From positions 1-64,000 of the forward strand of contig JBLIRO010000014.1 of assembly GCA_049472335.1 (NCBI GenBank): a DNA stretch of 64,000 nt, in the 5' to 3' direction. This document shows positions 12,248-21,446 of the stretch, piece after piece. The notes beneath the pieces were generated by a model that was not told where the DNA came from, searched no databases, and saw only the letters and a list, made by a program, of their open reading frames with translations. How positions within the stretch are numbered: the first letter of the stretch is position 1; every line of letters starts with the position of its first letter. This DNA is from a bacterium (GTDB lineage Bacteria; SZUA-182; DTGQ01; JAFGSM01). The position numbers and the translations under genes are program-made.

Positions 12248-12420
12248 AAGCTCTAATTTAGATTAATTGTATTATTAATTATGCAACTACCAAGTCAATA
12301 GTGTCTTATCTTGACAAATAATAATTAATTTTGATAATAATTAGACAATTTTATATTTTATTTATTGTTAAATATCATAATCCATCATATTTAATAAATC
12401 AAAAATTGAAAGGGAAAGCA

Positions 12421-13926
12421 ATGGCAAGACTATTAAAAAACAATTCATTCTTATTCTTAATCCTTACATCATTATTTTTTTTATACACAAATCTTACATG
12501 TTTTTCCGGATCCAGAGCAATAGCGGAAACAAAATATGACAATAATGATAATGTTTCTCCTATTAAACTTTCCGGAACAACTAACATAGAGACAACAGAA
12601 AATGATAGAAAAGAGATTGTTTTGAGTATTTATAATAATAATTTTGCCCTTGTAAAAGAAGTTAGAGAAATATACCTTCCGTCAGGGATTTCAGAATTGA
12701 GGTTTTTAGATATATCGAGGCATATAAATCCTGGATCTGTAATAACAAAATCAATAAACAATATTAATGGATTAGAATTCATTGAGCAGAACTACGAATA
12801 TGATCTGATAAGCCCTGAAAATCTTCTTGATAAATATGTCGGACATACCGTAACACTAATTGATAAGGATGATTTTTCAGGATCTAAAGGAAAATTGCAG
12901 GCTGAATTGTTAAGTAATAGTCACGGGCCTATTTACCGTATTGGAGAGGAGATACATATTGGTCATCCAGGCAGAATAGTCTTGCCTAAATTGCCTGAAG
13001 GTCTTCTTACAGAGCCTTCATTAATATGGAAACTCGACGTAACCGATAGCGGGAAATATACCCTGGATGTCTCATATTTAACTGAAGAGTTGGATTGGAA
13101 CGTGGATTATTCATTGGTGTTGAATTCTGACAATACAAGAGGAGACCTGTCGGGTTGGGTGACTATTAAAAACAATTCAGGAACTTCCTTTAAACAGGCG
13201 CGTATTCAGCTTGTCGCAGGAAAGGTAGCACGCGTCAGGGAACCTAAACCGGTTCGCTTTAAAGAGACTGATAATTATGAGATGCTTTCTAAAGGGGTAT
13301 CTGAAGAAGGGATCTTTGAGTATCATTTATATAATTTACCTTCGAATATGACTTTAAAAGATAGAGAAATGAAACAGGTTCGCCTTTTTTCTACGGAAAG
13401 GATCCCTGTAAAAAAAGAGCTTCGTTATTATGGTGAACAGCAATATTACCAACAAAGATACAGAGAGGGCACTAAAACACAAGGCATCGGTATCTATCTT
13501 GAATTCGAAAACAGAAAGACGTTCCATTTAGGTATACCGCTTCCTGAGGGAATAATAAGGGTCTATGAATCCGACTCAGATGGTTCCGTTCAGTTTTTGG
13601 GCGAGGATAGAATTCCACATACCCCGGAGGATGGAATGGTAAGGGTGCAAACAGGCTATGCCTCTGATATCATAGCCGAGAGAAAGCAGATGGAATGGAG
13701 AAAGCCCTCTTCAGAACTAATTGAAGCAATCTGGGAGATAATTTTTAAGAATTATAAAAATAAAACGGCCTGGATTGTATTAATGGAATCTGTTCCGGGT
13801 GATTGGGAAATAATGGAGTGCTCCCATCATTGGAGAAAGGAAGACGCGCATACACTTAGATTTGACATCTCTGTAGCCCCTAAATCAGAAGAAAAAGTCC
13901 GATATAAAATAAGAATACATTTATAA
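12421..13926 (+). CDS. DUF4139-domain exported protein
   Basis: N-terminal hydrophobic signal; LSIYNNNFALVKEVR, EQNYEYDL, FEYHLY, PLPEGIIRVY motifs. Confidence 0.8.
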   Translation: MARLLKNNSFLFLILTSLFFLYTNLTCFSGSRAIAETKYDNNDNVSPIKLSGTTNIETTENDRKEIVLSIYNNNFALVKEVREIYLPSGISELRFLDISRHINPGSVITKSINNINGLEFIEQNYEYDLISPENLLDKYVGHTVTLIDKDDFSGSKGKLQAELLSNSHGPIYRIGEEIHIGHPGRIVLPKLPEGLLTEPSLIWKLDVTDSGKYTLDVSYLTEELDWNVDYSLVLNSDNTRGDLSGWVTIKNNSGTSFKQARIQLVAGKVARVREPKPVRFKETDNYEMLSKGVSEEGIFEYHLYNLPSNMTLKDREMKQVRLFSTERIPVKKELRYYGEQQYYQQRYREGTKTQGIGIYLEFENRKTFHLGIPLPEGIIRVYESDSDGSVQFLGEDRIPHTPEDGMVRVQTGYASDIIAERKQMEWRKPSSELIEAIWEIIFKNYKNKTAWIVLMESVPGDWEIMECSHHWRKEDAHTLRFDISVAPKSEEKVRYKIRIHL

Positions 13927-13950
13927 TTTCTAAGGAGATTAAAAGGTTTA

Positions 13951-15246
13951 TTGTGTGTCCAAATAAAAATGCCGGACAAAATAATTATGGGTTCTAAATC
14001 GTTTATTGAGAATAAATCAATTGCCTATTCATTGTTTATATCTATATTATTCATATTTTTTTATCATTCATCAGCCATTGGCAATATTCATTTCGGTTCT
14101 TTGGAATTTCACCCCTTTTTTAATACTACTGCAGGATATGCGGATAATGTAAATATGATTCCTGAGGGGGATATTAATGAGCGTGAAAAATCCAGCGTTT
14201 ATACTTCATATTCACCCGGATTAAATTGTGATTGGAATAAAAACAATCATGAAATCCGATTGAGCTATTTCTATGAATTTTTAAATTATAACAAGGAAGA
14301 AATCCATGACAGAGAACTTTTTGACCTGGACTCAAAAATTGATTTTCGATTTGAAAAATCAGGCAAAAAGATCGATCTATCCGGAGGATACAAATATCGG
14401 AAAACCTTTGATCCTTTCTCAACTGAGCAACAAGCTTATGATCGTAAAGAAACCAGTTCAAAATTTGCTGCAGGATTTAATTTTATGGATCGTTTTGGGC
14501 TGGGATTCGCTTCCGGATTGATTCAACATAGATTTATGGATGCAGAACCTGCAAGAAGATATAACAAGGATGTAATCAGTTTTTTTTCAAAAGCCAGTAT
14601 CAGACCTTTTACAAAAACAGATATCCTTCTTGAATACGGGCTGATTATGAATGAATACAATGATCCGAATAAGGCATCATATTATGATTCGAAAACCCAT
14701 TTTTTATTGACGGGTATTGAATGGGCAGTTTCTGCGAAAATTTCCGGAACAATTAAATCAGGATACCAGTGGAAATATTATGACGATCCTAATGAAATTG
14801 GTTTAGGCTCTCCTGAAACCTGGAGGGCGGAAGTTGATTTGAGGTATACATTCTCAGAGCTTACCTCTTTTCAACTCAGGTTTGAGAGAAATATTGAGGA
14901 TTCGGATTTCAGGTATGCCGGCCGGGAGGCTGGATTTTACTATTCAAATCAGATACAATTCACAGCTAAACATAAATTTAATTATAAGCTAGAAACCTGG
15001 CTTGACATCTTTTATAATTACTCAAATTATAATAAGGTTTCCCGTGAGAATTCTCGTGAAGATGAAGTTTGGCAGTTTGATCTGGGCCTCAGCTACCAAT
15101 TCAGGGATTGGATTGGGGCCGGCTTGAAATATCGAGCCAGGATTAGAGACACTAAAATCGTATCCGTTGAGTCAATCTCGGATAATAATTCAGACCTGGA
15201 CTATAAAAGCGATCAAATTAGTATTGAGCTAAATATAATATTTTGA
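13951..15246 (+). CDS. Outer-membrane beta-barrel, polysaccharide-export associated (BBP2/VpsM-like)
   Basis: Signal peptide, alternating aromatic beta-strands, terminal Phe (IELNIIF); start codon uncertain. Confidence 0.75.
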   Translation: MCVQIKMPDKIIMGSKSFIENKSIAYSLFISILFIFFYHSSAIGNIHFGSLEFHPFFNTTAGYADNVNMIPEGDINEREKSSVYTSYSPGLNCDWNKNNHEIRLSYFYEFLNYNKEEIHDRELFDLDSKIDFRFEKSGKKIDLSGGYKYRKTFDPFSTEQQAYDRKETSSKFAAGFNFMDRFGLGFASGLIQHRFMDAEPARRYNKDVISFFSKASIRPFTKTDILLEYGLIMNEYNDPNKASYYDSKTHFLLTGIEWAVSAKISGTIKSGYQWKYYDDPNEIGLGSPETWRAEVDLRYTFSELTSFQLRFERNIEDSDFRYAGREAGFYYSNQIQFTAKHKFNYKLETWLDIFYNYSNYNKVSRENSREDEVWQFDLGLSYQFRDWIGAGLKYRARIRDTKIVSVESISDNNSDLDYKSDQISIELNIIF

Positions 15247-15250
15247 GAGG

Positions 15251-15269
15251 ATTGACAAATTTTGTCAAT
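15251..15269. promoter_or_regulatory. Palindromic activator site 1 (TGACA-N5-TGTCA)
   Basis: ATTGACAAATTTTGTCAAT, upstream of a sigma-54 promoter. Confidence 0.65.
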
Positions 15270-15381
15270 AGATTACATTTTGTGTCATACTTACCAGATG
15301 AATTTATTAATCTTTATAAATCAATGAGTTTTTGGCATTCTGTAAGCTTTAAACCCTGGGACGGTTTTTTTTATCTGATTA

Positions 15382-15400
15382 ATTGACAAAATTTGTCAAT
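15382..15400. promoter_or_regulatory. Palindromic activator site 2 (TGACA-N5-TGTCA)
   Basis: ATTGACAAAATTTGTCAAT, the exact reverse complement of site 1, about 85 nt before the -24 element. Confidence 0.65.
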
Positions 15401-15485
15401 GTGATAATCTTTGAAAAAAATTTTTTTTATCAAAAAAGATTTAGAAATGATGATAATTCAATAAGTTATAATAGTTTCTTTTTTG

Positions 15486-15501
15486 TGGCATTTGGATTGC
15501 T
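15486..15501 (+). promoter_or_regulatory. sigma-54 (-24/-12) promoter of pilA
   Basis: TGGCATTTGGATTGCT matches TGGCAC-N5-TTGCW, about 45 nt upstream of the pilin ATG. Confidence 0.8.
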
Positions 15502-15546
15502 TAATCAAAACAACAATTCAGATTAACAAAAGGAGAATGATAGGAA

Positions 15547-16017
15547 ATGATTAGATACTTAAACAATAAAGCAGGATTTACCTTGATAGAATTGATGATT
15601 GTTATTGCAATTATTGGTATCCTTGCGGCTATAGCAATCCCCAATTTTTTGACCTTTCGTTTGAAGGCAAAGATATCGGAGGCGAAATCGAATCTGGGCT
15701 CAATAAGGATAGGTGAGGAGGCGTATAATACGGAAGAAGATACCTATTACGGGCCTATTGCTCAATACCCCGCCAATGCCCCTACAACAACAAAGCAACC
15801 GTGGAATGTAACAGAGACCTCTTTTTCTGCCATTGCGTTTGAACCAACAGGTTCTGTTTATTTTAGATATTCCGTTGGCCCAAATGAATCTGATGCTTAT
15901 ACAGTAAATTTCAGGGCTCATGCGTACGGAGACTTGGATGGTGATGGGACGTTATCGCATTTTTATATCACTAATGACAGTGAGATCTCTCAGGAGACTG
16001 CTAAAAATGTATACTAA
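15547..16017 (+). CDS. pilA: Type IVa major pilin 1
   Basis: Class III signal G|FTLIELMIVIAIIGILAAIAIPNF; GDLDGD motif. Confidence 0.93.
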   Translation: MIRYLNNKAGFTLIELMIVIAIIGILAAIAIPNFLTFRLKAKISEAKSNLGSIRIGEEAYNTEEDTYYGPIAQYPANAPTTTKQPWNVTETSFSAIAFEPTGSVYFRYSVGPNESDAYTVNFRAHAYGDLDGDGTLSHFYITNDSEISQETAKNVY

Positions 16018-16110
16018 AAAAAGGGGGTGATAATATAGAAGATCATTATGAGGGATTATGGTCAAACCGTATTATATAATAATAACTCTTTAACCTAGGG
16101 AGGGGAAAAC

Positions 16111-16581
16111 ATGTTAAGATTATTAAAAAACAAAAAAGGATTTACCTTGATAGAATTGATGATTGTTGTTGCAATTATTGGTATTCTGGCTGCCATAGCC
16201 ATCCCGAACTTCCTTACTTTCCGTCTCAAGGCAAAAACCTCGGAGGCCAAGTCGAATCTGGGCGCCATCCGGACTGTTCAGGAGGCTTACAAGGCCGAAG
16301 AGGATGAATACTATCCCAACGGTGGCACCATTGCCCTCTACCCCGGTGGGGCGCCTACTACAACCAAAAAGACCTGGACACCCAGCTCAACGCCTTTCTC
16401 AGCACTCGGTTTTGAGCCTGCCGGTCAGGTTTATTATGCTTACGGAATAAGCGCCTGCACGGGAACGACCTTCCAGGCAGATGCCTATGGCGACCTCGAT
16501 GGAGACAGCGTGTTTGCACATTATTATGCCACTGAGGCAGGCAGTGAAATTACTCAGGAAACTGCAAAGAACGTTTATTGA
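16111..16581 (+). CDS. pilA: Type IVa major pilin 2 (tandem paralog)
   Basis: G|FTLIELMIVVAIIGILAAIAIPNF; same length and same C-terminal QETAKNVY as pilin 1. Confidence 0.93.
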   Translation: MLRLLKNKKGFTLIELMIVVAIIGILAAIAIPNFLTFRLKAKTSEAKSNLGAIRTVQEAYKAEEDEYYPNGGTIALYPGGAPTTTKKTWTPSSTPFSALGFEPAGQVYYAYGISACTGTTFQADAYGDLDGDSVFAHYYATEAGSEITQETAKNVY

Positions 16582-16604
16582 TACTTTTTTTTAAAAATAC
16601 AAGA

Positions 16605-16640
16605 GGCCACCCGGGTTTACCCGGGTGGCCCTTTCTATTT
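16605..16640 (+). terminator. Intrinsic terminator / stabilising hairpin after the pilins
   Basis: GGCCACCCGGG-TTTA-CCCGGGTGGCC perfect stem followed by CTTTCTATTT. Confidence 0.8.
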
Positions 16641-16660
16641 AAAATATTCCTTCTGTAAAC

Positions 16661-18667
16661 ATGTCCGAAAATAAAAGGATCTCAGGATTTTATCTGAATG
16701 AAAAAAGACTCGTTCATTTTATTATCTGGATCGGGATACTTCTACCCACTTTTGTAAAGGCTGGCACTCCAAGATTACCAAGGCTCTTCATTCAGATCAT
16801 GGCCATGATGCTTCTTTTAATTACTTTATTATATTGTTTAAGAAAAGATAAACATAAACAATCCTATTATAATCTAATAATAAATAGTCTAGATATTCTG
16901 GTTATTTCTTTTGTCATTCTCTCAGCTTTTTCAACATTCATGGTAAGCTATGGACACAATGCCCAAAGCTGTTTCCTTTTAGTAGTCTCATTTGCTATAT
17001 TTTATTTTCACATTTCCGGATATTTCTCTATAAAAAATATTGAGAAGCTGTTGTGGGCGCTTATTGGTCTGGGAATACTCGAGTCCGCTATAGGTTTTTA
17101 TCAGGCATTTTTTTTAAGCCATACACGTATCACAGGGACCTTTTATAATTCAAACCATCTGGCATCTTTTCTTGCGTGTCTTTCCATGTTTCTTTTTGCC
17201 CGTATGATATTTAATCGCCCATTCAGAAAAAAATATGTTCTCAAAATAATAATCATTTTATTTTTAGTATCAGCCCTTTTCTTAACCCGGTCAAGAGGAG
17301 GGATTTTGGCATTGATTGGAGGGGGAATTGGTTTCATACCTCTAATAAATAAGAAAAAAATTGCCTTTTCTTTTATGATAGCAGCCCTTGTTCTTTTATT
17401 GCTGATCCCGAATCCTGTCATCAATAGATTAAAACAGGTTCAAATCAATGATGTATATGCGTATAGCAGATTTTCCATGTGGAAAAGCGCCCTTTCCATG
17501 CTCAGAGATCATCCATTATTTGGAATAGGGATCGGAAATTTTGAATTTTATTCATATAGATATGCATTCCCGGTTGAAAAGGCATGGGCAAGATACGCGA
17601 GAGTGGCAAGATACGCGCACAATGAATTGCTTCATCTGGGTGCAGAAATGGGTATTCCGGGCATACTTTTTTTTCTGGCAGCCATTTTTACTGTCTTCAT
17701 AAAGGACTTTAAAAAAAGGAGAAACACTGGAGTTGATAATAACTCTTGCAGCACACATCCCTATCATGCAGATGAGAAGGCCATTTTAATAGTTATCCTA
17801 ACCCTTCTTTTTCATTCTATCGTGGACTTCATATTTCATATTCCTGCCATATTGTTTGTTTTGATCATATTTGTAGCCTGGATTAGTAAGATAAGGATTA
17901 TTGATAATAAGAATAATCATTTTCGTTTTAATTTTACCGGTAAAGGTATTAGACTTATACTCTTCGTCTGTCTAATAATTCCAATAGTTCTCGTTTGGAT
18001 ACCAATAAGAGAATATCTGGGATATGTTTCATTCAATAAGGCGCATGGAAATGATCCCCTTGCGGATATAAAATATATTGAAAATGCCGTCAGCATGGAT
18101 TTTGGGTGCGCACCATATCATAATTCCCTTGGTGGTGCATATTTTAAGCTATATGGGAAAAATAAAGATACAAATTTTCTCGATCAAGGATTAAGTGAAG
18201 CGCAGATTGCCCAGACACTCAACCCTGACGATCATCGTTTTCCACTATCATTGGGACTTGGATATTTAAATATCCATTCGATCTTTCCTGAGAAAACAGA
18301 CATCTTAAAAGAGGCTGAGAAAGAATTCAGAAAATGCCTCATGCTTGCCCCCTATCTTTATGAAGGATTTTTAGGCTTGGGCAGGACTTTGCTCTACCAG
18401 GACAGGCTTAAGGATGCTTTAAACGCATTTGAAGCGGCTGTTCGGCTGGAGCCGTATTCTATGTCCAGCCATTATTGGCTCGGGTTAACACTAGATACAC
18501 TTGGAGAGATTGAATCAGCCAGATCAGAATATAAAAAAATACTTGCAATTAAAAGGCTGAATCTGGAAAAGAAGGCATATATAACTTATGAGAAGGAACT
18601 GATTGATTTTGATGTTAGCAAGTTATATCCTAGGTTAAAGGCATATGATGATTCTCTCTTGAAATAG
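16661..18667 (+). CDS. O-antigen ligase / O-oligosaccharyltransferase (Wzy_C) with C-terminal TPRs
   Basis: Multi-TM; GTFYNSNHLA, LTRSRGG, R..MW, PLFGIGIGNF, AHNELL; TPR-like tail; directly after the pilins. Confidence 0.85.
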   Translation: MSENKRISGFYLNEKRLVHFIIWIGILLPTFVKAGTPRLPRLFIQIMAMMLLLITLLYCLRKDKHKQSYYNLIINSLDILVISFVILSAFSTFMVSYGHNAQSCFLLVVSFAIFYFHISGYFSIKNIEKLLWALIGLGILESAIGFYQAFFLSHTRITGTFYNSNHLASFLACLSMFLFARMIFNRPFRKKYVLKIIIILFLVSALFLTRSRGGILALIGGGIGFIPLINKKKIAFSFMIAALVLLLLIPNPVINRLKQVQINDVYAYSRFSMWKSALSMLRDHPLFGIGIGNFEFYSYRYAFPVEKAWARYARVARYAHNELLHLGAEMGIPGILFFLAAIFTVFIKDFKKRRNTGVDNNSCSTHPYHADEKAILIVILTLLFHSIVDFIFHIPAILFVLIIFVAWISKIRIIDNKNNHFRFNFTGKGIRLILFVCLIIPIVLVWIPIREYLGYVSFNKAHGNDPLADIKYIENAVSMDFGCAPYHNSLGGAYFKLYGKNKDTNFLDQGLSEAQIAQTLNPDDHRFPLSLGLGYLNIHSIFPEKTDILKEAEKEFRKCLMLAPYLYEGFLGLGRTLLYQDRLKDALNAFEAAVRLEPYSMSSHYWLGLTLDTLGEIESARSEYKKILAIKRLNLEKKAYITYEKELIDFDVSKLYPRLKAYDDSLLK

Positions 18668-18718
18668 TGTAAGGTTAAGGTTTTGTATCGGATTGAATTT
18701 TGTCAAAGGAACTGTAAA

Positions 18719-19444
18719 ATGGATAACTCTATGATATTCAAAACTCAGAAAAGCAAGCTTTTTCGTTTCTTCGCATGGCTCCTTACCCTTGTTTTGCTCT
18801 TTTTCTGCTTTTACTTTATTCAAAGATTTATCGATAAATCTTACCACCAGGATAGAGAGGAAAGGCTGCTTTATCTTCCTTCAGGCAAATTCCTGAAGCC
18901 TGCGTGTCTTGGATTTGAATCCCTGATGGCTGATCTGCTTTGGATAAAGGCTATAAGCTATTTCGGAGGTCACTATCTGACCGATCGCAGCTATAAATGG
19001 CTTTACCATATCCTTGACCTTGTAACTTCACTGGATCCTCTATTCAGATACCCTTATGAATTTGGAGGAGTTATTCTTTCTTTGGAAGGAGGAAATCCCG
19101 AACAAAGTATCTTATTGCTGGAAAAGGGTATCGAACATCATCCTGAATACTGGAGACTTTACTTTTATTTGGGTTTTAATTACTTTTACTATTTCAATGA
19201 CTTTCAAAACGCATCACGTTACATAACCAGAGCCGCTCAGTTGCCTGGCCACCCTTCATATTTGCCCAGACTTGCAGCAAGCCTTTTAACAACATCCGGA
19301 CAAAAAAATACGGCTCTGTCCTTTTTAAGACAACTATACGAAAACACTGAGGATGATTGGTTAAGGCATCAAATCAAAATGAAAATGGATGAAATATTGG
19401 CAGGGAAATTACCCGAATCGCTAAAAGGTTTAGTGAAGGAATGA
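18719..19444 (+). CDS. Pilin-locus membrane-anchored TPR protein (Geobacter XapA-like)
   Basis: N-terminal TM; LGFESLMADLLWIKAISYFG, LDPLFRYPY, LLEKG, WRLYFYLGFNY pattern typical of TPR proteins found next to pilA. Confidence 0.65.
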   Translation: MDNSMIFKTQKSKLFRFFAWLLTLVLLFFCFYFIQRFIDKSYHQDREERLLYLPSGKFLKPACLGFESLMADLLWIKAISYFGGHYLTDRSYKWLYHILDLVTSLDPLFRYPYEFGGVILSLEGGNPEQSILLLEKGIEHHPEYWRLYFYLGFNYFYYFNDFQNASRYITRAAQLPGHPSYLPRLAASLLTTSGQKNTALSFLRQLYENTEDDWLRHQIKMKMDEILAGKLPESLKGLVKE

Positions 19445-20595
19445 GCTCAATACGTATTTGCATGGCCATCGATTATTATTATCCCATGGTCGGAGGGAGC
19501 GAGATACAGGCTTACAGACTTTCCGAGAAACTTTCACAAATGGGATTGAAGGTATTTGTGGTTACCAGAAAATATCCGGGTCTCATAGAAACGAAAATCC
19601 ATAATAGGGCAAGTATATTCAGATTATCCATTTTCGGAAGAAATAAGATTGCATCGGGTGTTTTTTTTATACGAATCCTATACTTTCTAATAAAGAATAA
19701 AAAAAAATACGATATAATCCATTGCCATCTTGCTACATCAACCGCCTTGGGCTGCTTAGCGGCCGGGATTATAAATAAAACTCCTATAGTAATAAAAATG
19801 GGTGGCAGTGGTAAAACCGGTGATGTGCAGAGATCTCTTTCTTCATATCACGGAAGACTTAAGATAAAAATACTTAAAAAAGGGCCGTGCAATTTTGTTG
19901 TTCCAAGTGATGAGATTGCTCAGGAAATGATTGAAACAGGATTTTTGCCAGAAAGAATAAAGATTATACCAAATGGAGTTGACACTGATTATTTTTCACC
20001 CATAAATCAGCAATGCAAAATGATCAAAAAAAGAGAATTTGGTATTATTGATAAAAACCTGGCTCTTTATCTCGGAAGGCTTGATAAAAATAAGGACATA
20101 ATCCTTTTAATAGACGCATGGTCAAAATTGTCAGACATGGGAAAAAACTGGAAACTTTGGATAATTGGTCCGGGGAATCTTGAAAAGGCTATCAAAAATC
20201 TAATTCAGGAAAAAGGATTGGATTGTTGCGTATCTCTTATGCCTTATGTATCCCCGGAAAAAGTTAAAGATTATTTACAAATTGGGGATCTATTTATACA
20301 ACCTTCAAGGTTCGAAGGCCTTTCAAATGCATTACTCGAGGCAATGTCCTGCGGATTGCCCATTATTGCTTCCAGGATTAGTATTAACGAGGTTTTGATC
20401 AAAGATTATTTTAATGGCCTTCTCTTTGATCCTGGAGATACCTGCGATCTTGTGGGGTGCCTTGAAAAGGCTCTAAAGAATGAAAAATATCGTGAATATT
20501 GGGGGATTAATGCGAGAAAATGGGTTGTAGAGAATCTGGATTTATCTCATGTTGCGACTCTTTATACGAGGCTTTACAAGGAGATTATGAGGTAA
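19441..20595 (+). CDS. Glycosyltransferase family 4
   Basis: GGSE, IPNGVD, PSRFEGLSNALLEAMSCG. Confidence 0.92.
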   Translation: MSSIRICMAIDYYYPMVGGSEIQAYRLSEKLSQMGLKVFVVTRKYPGLIETKIHNRASIFRLSIFGRNKIASGVFFIRILYFLIKNKKKYDIIHCHLATSTALGCLAAGIINKTPIVIKMGGSGKTGDVQRSLSSYHGRLKIKILKKGPCNFVVPSDEIAQEMIETGFLPERIKIIPNGVDTDYFSPINQQCKMIKKREFGIIDKNLALYLGRLDKNKDIILLIDAWSKLSDMGKNWKLWIIGPGNLEKAIKNLIQEKGLDCCVSLMPYVSPEKVKDYLQIGDLFIQPSRFEGLSNALLEAMSCGLPIIASRISINEVLIKDYFNGLLFDPGDTCDLVGCLEKALKNEKYREYWGINARKWVVENLDLSHVATLYTRLYKEIMR

Positions 20596-20599
20596 CTAC

Positions 20600-21445
20600 A
20601 TGAAAGAAAATATAATAACATATGAACCGGATAATTCTCTGAAGAAAGGATATATATCCATATTTAGAGAGATTTATAATGAAATCAAGGCAAATCACTG
20701 GCTAACCTATCAACTGTTCAAAAGAGATTTTTTGGCTGTATACAAGCAATCATTTATTGGCATTTTCTGGGCGTTTATTATACCGCTTGTCAGTATCGGG
20801 ACATTTATTATTCTGAATCATTCAGGTGTTTTTTCTATCGGCGTAATCAATGTTCCTTATCCTATTTATGCGATACTGGGATTAGCATTCTGGCAGCTTT
20901 TTTCAACAGGATTGATAGCAAGCTCAAGCTCACTGGTCAAAGCAGGTTCCATGATAGTAAAGATAAATTTTTCCAAAAAGTCCTTAATTATCGCATCCAC
21001 CGGCCAATCAATAATTGCCTTTTTGATTCAATTTATTATGCTATGTTTGCTTTTTATTTTTTATGGAATTAAGCCGAATATTAGAATTCTTTTGGTTCCA
21101 CTATTAATAATACCCGTAATGCTCCTTACCTTCGGAATCGGTTTTATTCTTTCTTTGATAAATGGAGTAATGAGGGATGTGGGCAATGCCCTTTCAACAT
21201 TAATAACATTCCTGATGTTTATCACGCCTGTTCTTTATTCCAAACCGACTACGGGGATCCTGGCAAAGATGACCAATTATAATTTACTCCATTATCTGAT
21301 TTCAACGCCCAGGGACCTGATATTAACAGGAAAAGCACCTGAATGGAAAGGATTTTCAATATCCTGTATCATATCATGTATCGTTTTCGTGTTATGTCTG
21401 GTTACATTTCATCTTACAGAAACAAGGGTTGCAGAGAGAATTTAA
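20600..21445 (+). CDS. wzm: ABC-2 polysaccharide exporter permease (Wzm)
   Basis: KRDFLAVYKQSFIGIFWAFIIPL, RDVGNAL, MFITPVLY. Confidence 0.88.
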   Translation: MKENIITYEPDNSLKKGYISIFREIYNEIKANHWLTYQLFKRDFLAVYKQSFIGIFWAFIIPLVSIGTFIILNHSGVFSIGVINVPYPIYAILGLAFWQLFSTGLIASSSSLVKAGSMIVKINFSKKSLIIASTGQSIIAFLIQFIMLCLLFIFYGIKPNIRILLVPLLIIPVMLLTFGIGFILSLINGVMRDVGNALSTLITFLMFITPVLYSKPTTGILAKMTNYNLLHYLISTPRDLILTGKAPEWKGFSISCIISCIVFVLCLVTFHLTETRVAERI

Positions 21446-21446
21446 G

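Noticed and set aside
12331..12420. TTG-start extension of the DUF4139 gene
   Set aside because: ATG at 12421 has an RBS and begins a plausible signal peptide; the upstream stretch is AT-rich promoter DNA.
15547..16581. Diversity-generating retroelement TR/VR pair or silent pilin cassette
   Set aside because: Differences are not adenine-specific, no reverse transcriptase is in the window, and both genes have an RBS and a complete class III signal.
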